A stretch of 64,000 bases of DNA. Source: Tubiluchus corallicola. Taxonomy: Eukaryota > Animalia > Priapulida. The notes below the pieces were generated by a model. It searched no databases. It was given only the letters and a program-made list of their open reading frames with translations, and was not told the origin of the DNA. The stretch is taken from the NCBI GenBank assembly GCA_030141605.1, contig JAQGDQ010000911.1, positions 1 through 64,000 of the forward strand, read 5' to 3'. The position numbers and the translations under genes are program-made. Each line of letters opens with the position of its first letter. Position 1 is the first letter of the stretch. Of the stretch, positions 31,608 to 42,534 are shown in pieces.

Positions 31608-34600
31608 TTAAGGCTGTTGCAGATTGTACGTAAATCCTCCATACTGCATGCCAGTGTTGTAGTTGTCCGTAGATGGCCCACTAAAAAAGAAATAATATAA
31701 ATGAGTATTTAATAATTAATATATGCAACATCAAATGCTGACATGTCATTAGTGGATATGCGGCTATGTATGGCATAGAACCAGTAACATATTAACGAGA
31801 AATTTTCGTTATAAACCTATTTATATGTTTGTATTTATATTTTATGTTAATATTTATATATTTTTATTTGTGTGCTAAAGTTACTGTATGCTACCACTTC
31901 AGTTTAAATGTTGGTTATAGAACCTATTAATTGTTTGCATGCATTTCTTATAATTAGTAATTGCATTTGGTTTGCTTAAGTGGAATTTATGTCAATCAAC
32001 AGTCAAACTTAAAAGGAGAAAATGTCTGAAAAATTATTGGGCGAACAAGATTCGAATGCAGATCCTAGTGGATTCAGACCACATGCTATAACCATTCGAG
32101 TTATTAACCTACATGTCCAAAACAGGTTTGAATTATCATACTAGTCAGCACGCAATCTGTCACAAACTAATTAATTAATTAACAAGCTACCATTGGGCTC
32201 TGTAGAGATCAAAAACAAATAATTAACTTTACAGATTAGAATAAGTACTAATATGATTGTATTATAATTATAAAGAACAAGAACAAAAATCATCATCATC
32301 ATCATCATCATACGCCCGTCACGTCTATTGTAGACATTGGGCAGGCAGAATTCTAAAATAAAACAAATCTGCCTTCAGACAGGTAAACGCAGCAGTAATC
32401 CAGCAATCTTCGCGGCAAGCGTGGCAATAAGCGAAATCTATAAAACTGTGTGGCCTCAGAGGTCTCGGGATCTCTACAGTCTACATGACCCCTTCTCTCC
32501 AGCGACATTCACTTTGAAAAGCAAAAGTGTAGGTCGAGCTAACACCAAGTGCAACCAAGAACAAATCTGTTAAAAATAATAAAATGCAATAAAGTGATTA
32601 AGGCACTTGGCAAGTAAGTTATTGTAGAAATACAAAAGCTCAAAATCACATTTGAAATCAAAATCTTCAAATTATTAATTTTATCACACAATATTACTCT
32701 GCAAAAAAGTTGGTTGCCATTTTGTTTTTTGCACATTTGACCTCTTTCCGCTAATTTTTCAAGCTGGCAACAGCTTTTTTCAGATGCAGTATTGTCAAAT
32801 TGACAAAATTGCTCGGTTGCCCACTTCTATAAAAAAACGCCCCTAGAAGTTTATATGGAAACACTTTCTTGGAGTTTGGAAGCTTATACTAGACATTTCA
32901 AGATGTGGAACAACCGGATGTGGATGCTTTTATATCCAGTTTTTTCCCTCGGGTTTCTCACCTGTTGGACACTACTGAAAATGGTTTCCATGGAAACCAC
33001 ATAGCTACAACTTTATTCAATTCAAGAATAACATCAACAGTTATTTTCTATCACCAGTAAATTAGTTATATAAATTCTATTGCTAAATACATGTATTAAT
33101 ATCATCACCTACTTCTACAGCCCCTTAGCCTGAGAGGTTATTAGTTCCTTACTTTAGCTGAACGGACTGTGGCCTTATGGACCATAGGGTCTGGGCGATT
33201 TGTATAAAAGGTGTCATCACTCACAAATATATTATATTCTTCTTGAAACACCCCTCTGATTAGTAAGCTTTCTGCATTTTAAACTAACCACAACTTTCTT
33301 TGTCTTCAACATCTTTTGCAACGTGAGCTCTGTGAGCACTCTGCTGCAGAAATGGGTGACATCGACGTATCATAAGAACAATGGTAACAAAGTTGAACAA
33401 TGTCTGCTTTCATCAACTTAGTTTTAGACGACTTTGCTATCAAAAATTGTGGTGATAACTAAGTTTTGTCCACATACATATAAAACCAACTCTATCTCTC
33501 TTCATATCTGTTATGTTTTGTTTCTCTCGGAAGGCTCGTAGGGAAAGCCAGAAAACACGTCGTCAAATTAAACTAGTTTTATTATGTGAGAATTCTACAA
33601 CACAAAAGTATGAAGGAATGCAAAATGTGTACAGGCAAGTGATAATGTGGAAACGTGAAAGCGCGAATACGAGAGAATAAACTTGAGCGGGCAGCTCCGT
33701 CTTATATATCAGTGCAATGAACAATCTAGAAACTACTACGCGCATCACGTATAGAAAGTTCTCAAAACTTCTGCAAGGTAAGAAGATTGTTCTACTATAC
33801 TATAGAATATTCCAGATCTCCACAATAATATCCGAATGTGTATCCGCAAATGTGTAACCTTAAATCCATTTTCAACCTATGTTTAGAGAAACAGCCCAAG
33901 CCTGTAGGTAATCAGAAGTTCCACTTTACGTGCATACCCAAAGATTAGCTGGTTTCAGTTAAATATGTGTTGAATTATAGATGTTACCTAAGTTCTTTAT
34001 TTGGCTTTTTATGGGGTAAACGGTGATGTAAATATGCATGCTATTTGATAACTATTAAAGTGCTATTTATTCCACCAAATAGAGGCACTGCATATTTTCA
34101 GACTTTCCAATAATGAAAGGATTTCATATACTCGATTTATTGGCTGCATTTGTGACCAAGACTTTACGACGCCCTAGGCTCATAGTTTTGTCTGGCCGAT
34201 CTCTATTGTGAACTTATTATTATTTATGTAATGAGCAGATCAAACAATTACTTGTGGTGTATTAGAAACACTATTAACCTTGTTTCTACATGGTCATTAT
34301 TAGTTACACATATTTGCATAGCGCTTATATTCAAATAGGCAGCACAACTGCTTGTTGTGTAATACCTTGCACCTGTTCCTTATGTAGCATTTATATAGAA
34401 GATGCGCTAAGTAACTGCCTGTTGTGTGTTATAAAATCTGCCCTTTATATGATTATGAAAGCATAAACATTTTCTGAGGAGAATAAGAATTTTTTCTAAA
34501 ATGTGACGCCCCTCACAATATGTAGTGTGGTGTTTTACGAGCAGCTGCTTAGAGTGTAGGCATTTACCTTGCTATGACATTCGGCTGTGCATTTACTTGT

Positions 34601-34929
34601 ACGCCACCTGCTGGCATTTGTTTCATCAGCTCTTCGCGTTTTGCTATGGCAGCAGGTAGTTTTTTCTCGTAGTCACTCTTCAAACACAAGGATAAGAGTA
34701 TCAGGAAACATCCAACTGCAGTTAATCCAAATCCCACATAGAGATAAGGAATGCTTAAAATGGGGGCTAATATACCGATAACAATGCCAACAATTGCAAG
34801 GGCTATTCCAAGTAGAAATGTCACGCTTAGACACGTTCTTATTTGATTAGGGGTGCCATTATAACCCCTCACGAAATGTCTTGTGTCCATCGGGTCATAA
34901 TAGTTTCTCCGGCGATGCCCCCCTTCCAT
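31608..34929 (-). CDS. Unknown two-TM membrane protein, paralog A (144 aa); exons 34568-34929 and 31608-31680
   Basis: Two hydrophobic helices; donor AG|gtaaat at 34567, acceptor tttttag at 31681; exon 2 reads SGPSTDNYNTGMQYGGFTYNLQQP-stop and is homologous to exon 2 of paralog B. Confidence 0.85.
32040..32110 (-). other. Degenerate tRNA-like head (SINE fragment or tRNA pseudogene)
   Basis: Minus strand taactcgaatgg (A-box-like) ... cattcgaatc (B-box-like); stems imperfect. Confidence 0.35.
33509..33827 (-). mobile_element. Solo LTR, diverged member of the same family, in the intron of paralog A
   Basis: tgtta...caata termini, 5-bp TSD atatc, shared ctcggaaggctcgtag..aaccagaaaacac block. 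Confidence 0.8.
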
Positions 34930-37900
34930 TGTACGTGAGTGATCGTATCGATGGTGTTGGAATAATCAGTTAAACAAATTTGCTCAATTAAAAACACAAT
35001 AGACCATTGAACGATAACTCGGACTCTTGAGACTGTACACTCACACAGTACACATATTTACAGTACACACACAGTAGAAATGGCACAGTAGCCTTAAAAA
35101 TTTTATCACTGCATTATCACATCCAATCTTTGACTACCTGGTGACTACATTAGAGATCGGTTAAAAGATCACTCAATATGCATGCTTTGTTCTTGTACGT
35201 CTCGCTTAGCGTTACCAAGTTACGCGAACAGTCATTTGCTGTACTGTATCTATAGCAGGTATAACGACACTAAGCAGTTCAGGTGAAGGTAAAAAAACAC
35301 GAAAATTGTTTTCAGTTGTACGAACGATACAGGAACTAACATAAGTGCTAAGGATCGCTCGCGGTTACGGACCTACAGAGAATCGGAAATCTTGTTTACA
35401 AAACAAAGGCCAAACTTGGCGTATCCATTCCTTATAACAAATAAAAATTTCAGATGCTAAAGACGCAGGGGCCAGTAATATTTTGTCTGTTTGCTAATGG
35501 ATGGCACTACACGCTTTGCTCAAGATACACACATTAAAAACACCGTTATTACCAATAGGTAAGCAGAAATAAACCAATTTATAGTGACGCTGTAAATAAG
35601 CCTGTACAAATTAAACATCATTATCAATTACAATTGTAATACAATACAAGTTTATATTACCAGCAGGCAAGGGCTCCAAGTTTGACTACATTATTATTAC
35701 GACATATCCGGAAAGGCATGTTTGGCGCCTCCCCGATCAAACCTCACGAGAAAAAATGCAGTATATATGTGGAATGTTTCCTCTTTGTGCTGGCAGGGAT
35801 AATAATGCTATAAATGCTTTTGCAAATCATATCTCGGATGAATTCCTATCGTCTTTCGTATATAAACAGTCTGTTGGTGATGAAATTTTACAACTCTCGT
35901 CGTGTTTGCTATACGCTGTTTTGTTTTTAATTGTGATTATATGAATTTACATTAGAATTGATAATTATGTTTATTCTAATTGTACTCGCTGTTTTTCATT
36001 GTGTATAATGTGTGTAAATTTTTGTTACTAAGTATTAAAATATGTTCGTTATCTTTTATTATGTGTGTATGTAGTGTTGGATTATAATTTGTAACTATGT
36101 CTGTTGTATATGAACGTTGTCGTTCAATCTGTCTGATGTGTTAAATTCTAAATTATATATATATGTGAATAGGTTTAATACGTTGTAATTGCTTTTATAA
36201 ATTTTAATCATATCCCTACAAATAGAGGGAATGTATTCTGTACATAGTTTTTAAAATTAAAGAATAATAATAATAATATTAATAATAATAATAATAATAA
36301 TAAATAATAATAATAGTAAGAAGAAGAAAAATAAAAAAAATAATAATGTGTTGACAGTCATGGCGTAATCGTCACATCCTTATTGTAAATACTTAGCAAA
36401 GTCAATGGTGATTTAGTTTAAAAGCAAAATGTTATAGGTAAACACTTCACGTAGTATGAAGGATCACTCGTTGAACATTTAAAGTTTATGAATAGACCGA
36501 AATAAATCTACGTACCCATTTCTGTCAAAAAAATTCCACAAAATACTTTATTGTATAAAAAAACAACAAATTAACAATTTATTCGCTATTATTTTCGTTG
36601 CCAGATGGCAGCACCAAGCAACATTCAACAGATCCCGCAAAAGCTTTTCTATGTAAAAAGAGTTTCAGATATAATAAGCGCTGCAATACACTTGTCAAGA
36701 TGGAGTAAACTTGCAGCAGGACCGATATCCATTTATTTCAAACCCTGAAAAACTATGGACATTGGACAACCCAGTGACGTCATTCATTGGGCACCACAGA
36801 GAATAAAGAATGAATTTGCTGTGGTTTCCTATTGGGTCAAAGTGACTCCAATGCTTTCCCACAACAAATTGGACGTAGTGATAAAGCTTCGTGTTCGTGC
36901 GCTTCCTCCTGTCAAACTGTACAGCATTTACAGATGCTCTGGCCTTATATAAATATACTGCGTTACAAACAATATGTAAAATTTACACAATCTACGAAAT
37001 TTCTAGGCATTCAAATTATACCTATGCAGTTCCGGAAAAATGTGAAATAAACGTAAAGTCCACTTACATAAAGCCTAACAAAATCCGTCTCGAAATTTTA
37101 TATCACTTACATGCTGCCTTTTTTCATGCGGGCTTGCATCGGCAGTGACGCTGTATAAAACATGTAAATTTAAACTCCCGCAATGACCGTTAGACGCAGC
37201 CATTTTGATGATGTCATTTGAAATACGTTTAGATAACATTCTGTAAAGTTTGAAAAAATAATCAGAGCATTCGTAGCACAAACGTCGCCAACTAAGTAAA
37301 GTTTAAAATTACTGTATCTTGTCAATAAGATTAAAATACGTTTTTGGCTAGTGAGTGGGGCACCCTGGAGGGTGAGTGAACGACATTTTACCAATTGGCA
37401 CAAACATTTTAAATTATTATTTTTAGTTACATAAGTCTCTAAGTAATCTCATATGAAATGCTAAGTAATATGGATTTGCATTGAAAGTTTTTGGGACATA
37501 ATTTAGCATTTCCTTTTGTTCCCCTGATCTACGTGGCGTAGGCGACGTCATGTAATGGCGGCTTTGGAACAGCATTGCGGGAAATTTAAATTGAAAACAA
37601 ACAAAAATACCTTTCAACGCGAGCACGATATACGCATAAAAATACTGTAAAGTGATATAATTTTTTATGGCGATTTTTCTGAAACCTACTTCAGGTGCCC
37701 CTTTTCTTGTCCTCTAACTTCACTTACAGCATCTTTCTGTTAAAATTTAAACTGGAAGCGAGCCTCAGATGCTATTTGCCATTTGTCATAAAGTGTATAA
37801 AGTTGGAGCCCTTATCTATATAGAATGATATAAAGAAAAAAATATACATCAATACGCAGTGCTTGTAAAATATTGTCCACCCTATATTAGTACCCTATAG

Positions 37901-38539
37901 TCAGCACAACTACATACCACAAGGGATCACTTGAAATTGTTAATAATGTAATAATAATTTGCAAATGTAGCTCAAACTGTACAGCTCTTCGTACTCTACT
38001 GGTATATATTAAACAGTGTTTTAATATCTGCGTATCTTAAGAAAAAGGCTTTGGCGCCATCCATTGACAAACAGAAAAAAACGTCATTGGCTTGTGCATT
38101 TTTAAAATGGGGAAATTTTATTGATTACAAGGAATGGATGCGTCAAGTCTGACCTTTCTTTTGTAAACAAGATTTTCCGAGTCTCTTATGCATCTATCTG
38201 AGAAAGAGCCTCGTGCAGGTACAGCTGAAAACAAAATAAATAATACAATTTTTATTTTCACATGAATTTCGGTATGGTATGATAACGCTAGGCAAGGCAT
38301 AGAAGAGCAAAGTCTGTCGATTGACATTTGACATTTTCACTTTGGATAGGCTTGTTAATTGCTACGTAATTTGACGTAGTAACGCAGTGATAACCTTTTG
38401 AGTGCACCTTGCCCTTTTCATAGAGTATACTGTTTACGTATTGTAAAACTGCGAGAGACTGAGAGTTTAGCTTCAATAGTCGATTGTGCTTTCAACAGTT
38501 TGTATTTCGACCCCGCTAATATACGATCGTCCACATACA

Positions 38540-39258
38540 ATGGGAGGAGGAGGGAGAGGAGGATATTACGACCCTACGGATGAAAGCCATTTCGTGAGGG
38601 GTTACAGTGGCACACCCAATCGTATAAGAGCTGGTCTAAGCTGCGTATTTATAATGGGAATAAGTTTTACAGTTATTGGAATTGTTCTTGGCATTTTAGC
38701 ATTGGCACTAGACATTCCTTATTTATACTGGGGATTTGGATTATTTGCAACAGGATGTACATTTATATTCATATCCTTGTATGCGAAGAGGGATTACGAG
38801 AAAAAGTTACCAGCTGCCATTGCAAAACGCGAAGAGTTGATGAAGCAAGCGTCAGCAACTGGTGTGCAACCTTATACTGTACAAAGGTGAATATTTACAC
38901 TCTATGCAGCTTAAAGAAAGTAAGATTTAACGTATTACTTAATAGCAAATATTGCAAGAAAAAAGACAAACCTTGAAATCAAATATGAAGAATTAAAAAG
39001 GACTAGAAAATCTAAATACCTAAATGATTGATTAACTAATGTGGAAAAATTTGATGTTGTGTTAGAGGACTGTACAGATACTATCTGTTACCGCTCTCCA
39101 CCTCCTAACGCCATCTATCCACTAAAAATACAAACTCATACATGCATCCATTAATTATTTGATATTCATTTATTATATTTTTTAGTGTAACAGACAACTA
39201 CAATGCCGCTATGCAGTACGGAGGATTCACATACAGTCAGCAGCAGTCGCCATTATGA
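38540..39258 (+). CDS. Unknown two-TM membrane protein, paralog B (139 aa); exons 38540-38886 and 39186-39258
   Basis: ATG at 38540 in the same context (..tacaATGG) as paralog A; donor AG|gtgaat, acceptor tttttag; exon 2 reads SVTDNYNAAMQYGGFTYSQQQSPL-stop; identical DYEKKLPAAIAKREELMKQ. Confidence 0.85.
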
Positions 39259-39519
39259 ACAATGAAATTCATTTTTGTTCATGGAAAAGTGTTGTATTTT
39301 CTACTATTTTTGTGATAAAATCACAAAAACGATAAAAATAACTAATATTGTCACTTGTCAGCGACATTAATTGTTACAGCTTTGATGTAAGAGATTTCAA
39401 ATCTTTCTTAGCATTTAAAAATGTTTACGATTGTATCTTATTGTAATTACAGTGTACGCGGTGTAACTAGGATTTAGCGGAGATTATAAATTTCCGGCCG
39501 CCTATATATATATATATAT

Positions 39520-40110
39520 AATAATCTTTATTTGCCATGAAAAATCGATATTCACAACTATAAAAGCATAAAAGAACATCGCAGCATGAGAATAAAATTC
39601 ACACAACTGTTAAAGGCAAATGCGCCCAGTGCAAACTAAAAACTACTGGGCCAAAAATTTAAAACAAAATATACATTATAATATTACACGGAAATTATAA
39701 TAGACTATATAGAATATATACATATAATTTAAAATGGACGTGGGTAAATAGAATTTGTGGATGAATATATATTATCGTTTACGTATGTTGGGTTTTCAAA
39801 ACGATTTAATGCACGTATTTTTAATTTTGATTTGAATTCGTCAAAAAACTTGATTTGTTTTAAATTTGGTGGCAAGGTGTTCCAAAATTGAACTCCTTGT
39901 TTAGTGATAGAATTGTTGCCGTATTTGGTATTAGTGCGTGTTTGTTTAATATTGTGTGTTCTTGGATTTAATGTTGGCTCCAAGAGGAGTGGAAGCTTAT
40001 TTTTGATGAAGGGCGTGTTAATATTGTTGATGTATTTATATAAAAACAGGATTGTGTAGAAGTCTTTATGTGGTTGTAAAATTGGGATTTTAAACATTGT
40101 TCTTAATTCT
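39520..40110 (-). mobile_element. LINE 3' fragment (ORF2 C-terminus and 3' UTR)
   Basis: RTNTKYGNNSITKQGVQFWNTLPPNLKQIKFFDEFKSKLK is typical of L2/CR1-group ORF2 ends; ends in AATAAA and a (TA)n tail. Confidence 0.7.
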
Positions 40111-40839
40111 ATTGCAGAGGTCCTGTCGTGAACAATATACAGGCAACATCTGCTTTTTGCCGAGCAAAGCAACGAGTGCAGTTAGTAATATTAGTCATTT
40201 TTTCTGTGCTGTAATTGTGATAGAATTATAATTAAAATATTGTATAGGTACTATATACTTGTACCATACATGTGACTTGTACATACAATAGTGTCTGTTA
40301 ATTTGATTTTATCGATGCGTGACATTTATGAAATAAAACTTTGTAATCATGACCTTTGCCTGTGCGGCTTCCTTATCTTTCGAAAACGCAAACCGATGAT
40401 GTTGGAAGATATCCACTTTTGTTGACATAACCGAAGATATCGAACACTGTTGCGCGATCAGTGACGTGTCGTGACGTCATCATCTTACTATGTCGTAACA
40501 TCCTCCCTTCTTATCAAAAATTAAATTAATATTACTTCAACGCTACTTGGGCTAACCCATGTGCGTCCTACTTGGGCTAGCCCATGTACGCCAATTGACC
40601 TACTTCGGCTATTGGGTTACTCGGCGTCGGCGCCCAACATGCGTATTATTCATCTTTTATATAGCGACATTATTATAATCATCAGTAGAATACAAACATT
40701 CACAATTCACTCTGAACTCACGTACAAATGTACGCGGATGGAGCTTCCATGTCTCACTTAAAAGGTCGACACCTTTTTGCACAATATTCTTAAAGTTCAC
40801 TATTGATTTACTGAGACAAACAATGTGTGTATTTCATTT

Positions 40840-42010
40840 TTTACAAAGTATTTCAAAAAATGCTTGATTGATTTCATTTTTATATAATGTATTTCAAAAG
40901 ATAGATGACGGATCTATTTCACGTTTCTACATTGTATTTCAAAAGATAAACGATGGATTTCGTTTTTCTACAATGTATTTCAAAAGATAAATGATGGATT
41001 TCGTTTTTTTACAATGTATTTCAAAAGATAAATGATGGATTTCGTTTTTCTACAATGTATTTCAAAAGATAAATGATGGATTTCATTTTCATACAATGTA
41101 TTTCAAAATATAAATGATGGATTTCGTTTTCTACAATGTATTTCAAAAGATAAATGATGGATTTCGTTTTTCTACAATGTATTTCAAAAGATAAATGATG
41201 GATTTCGCTTTTCTTTAATGTATTTCAAAAGATAAATGATGGATTTCGTTTTTCTACAATGTATTTCAAAAGATAAACGATGGATTTCGTTTTTCTACAA
41301 TGTATTTCAAAAGATAAACGATGGATTTCGTTTTTCTACAATGTATTTCAAAAGATAAATGATGGATTTCGTTTTTTTACAATGTATTTCAAAAGATAAA
41401 TGATGGATTTCGTTTTTCTACAATGTATTTCAAAAGATAAATGATGGATTTCGTTTTCATACAATGTATTTCAAAAGATAAATGATGGATTTCGTTTTTC
41501 TACAATGTATTTCAAAAGATAAACGATGGATTTCGTTTTTCTACAATGTATTTCAAAAGATAAATGATGGATTTCGCTTTTCTTTAATGTATTTCAAAAG
41601 ATAAATGATGGATTTCGTTTTTCTACAATGTATTTCAAAAGATAAACGATGGATTTCGTTTTTCTACAATGTATTTCAAAAGATAAACGATGGATTTCGT
41701 TTTTCTACAATGTATTTCAAAAGATAAATGATGGATTTCGTTTTTCTACAATGTATTTCAAAAGATAAACGATGGATTTCGTTTTTCTACAATGTATTTC
41801 AAAAGATAAATGATGGATTTCGTTTTTCTACAATGTATTTCAAAAGATAAATGATGGATTTCGTTTTTCTACAATATATTTCAAAAGATAAACGATGGAT
41901 TTCGTTTTTCTAAAATGTATTTCAAAAGATAAGTGATGGATTTCGTTTTTCTACAATGTATTTCAAAAGATAAGTGATGGATTTCGTTTTTCTACAATAT
42001 ATTTCAAAAC
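40840..42010. repeat. 41-bp minisatellite, ~28 copies, just 3' of PMS2
   Basis: Unit tttttctacaatgtatttcaaaagataaatgatggatttcg. Confidence 0.95.
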
Positions 42011-42435
42011 ACACATGCGCACATATACAAGATTTGAGGCTACAGTTCCAACAACGGCACCATTTGCAGCAATCTATATATTAAATATGTATTTAGGTAT
42101 ATGTATGTGGGTTGACTTGTCTTCTTGTTTAAAAGTCGGTTTGTAAGGATAACTTAAACAAACGAAACGACAAAAACATACTAGTAACATATTTTTGCAA
42201 AAAGTGATACACAATTTTATTAATATGACAAACGGATAAAAATCATTTAAACAACGTAATAAAGGCCCACGATTAATCTATGTGAACAATATAATGGAAC
42301 AATACATGATTTTGTAAAGATATTTTTAACCAATAAGCTGCATAGAAGTAACCTGTATAGTACACGATCATTTATTACACATTTCAGAAATGTTTTTTCA
42401 TTCCGGAAGTAAATGTAGACTTATGAGATGTTCTT

Positions 42436-42534
42436 TCATTCCGGAAGTAAATGTAGACTTATGAGATGTCGCATAGTTGGCCGTCCATGTGGGCAGTTCC
42501 ACGGTTGTTCCATATCACCCATATGAACCAAAAG
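42436..42534 (-). CDS. PMS2: PMS2 last coding exon (99 nt)
   Basis: tggcag|CTTTTG; [32 protein letters not shown]-stop; AATAAA on the minus strand at 42371-42376. Confidence 0.95.
   Translation of the reverse strand, partial: LLVHMGDMEQPWNCPHGRPTMRHLISLHLLPE

Noticed and set aside
38486-38539. Upstream GTG start for paralog B given by the ORF track
   Set aside because: Eukaryotic gene; the ATG at 38540 aligns with the ATG of paralog A
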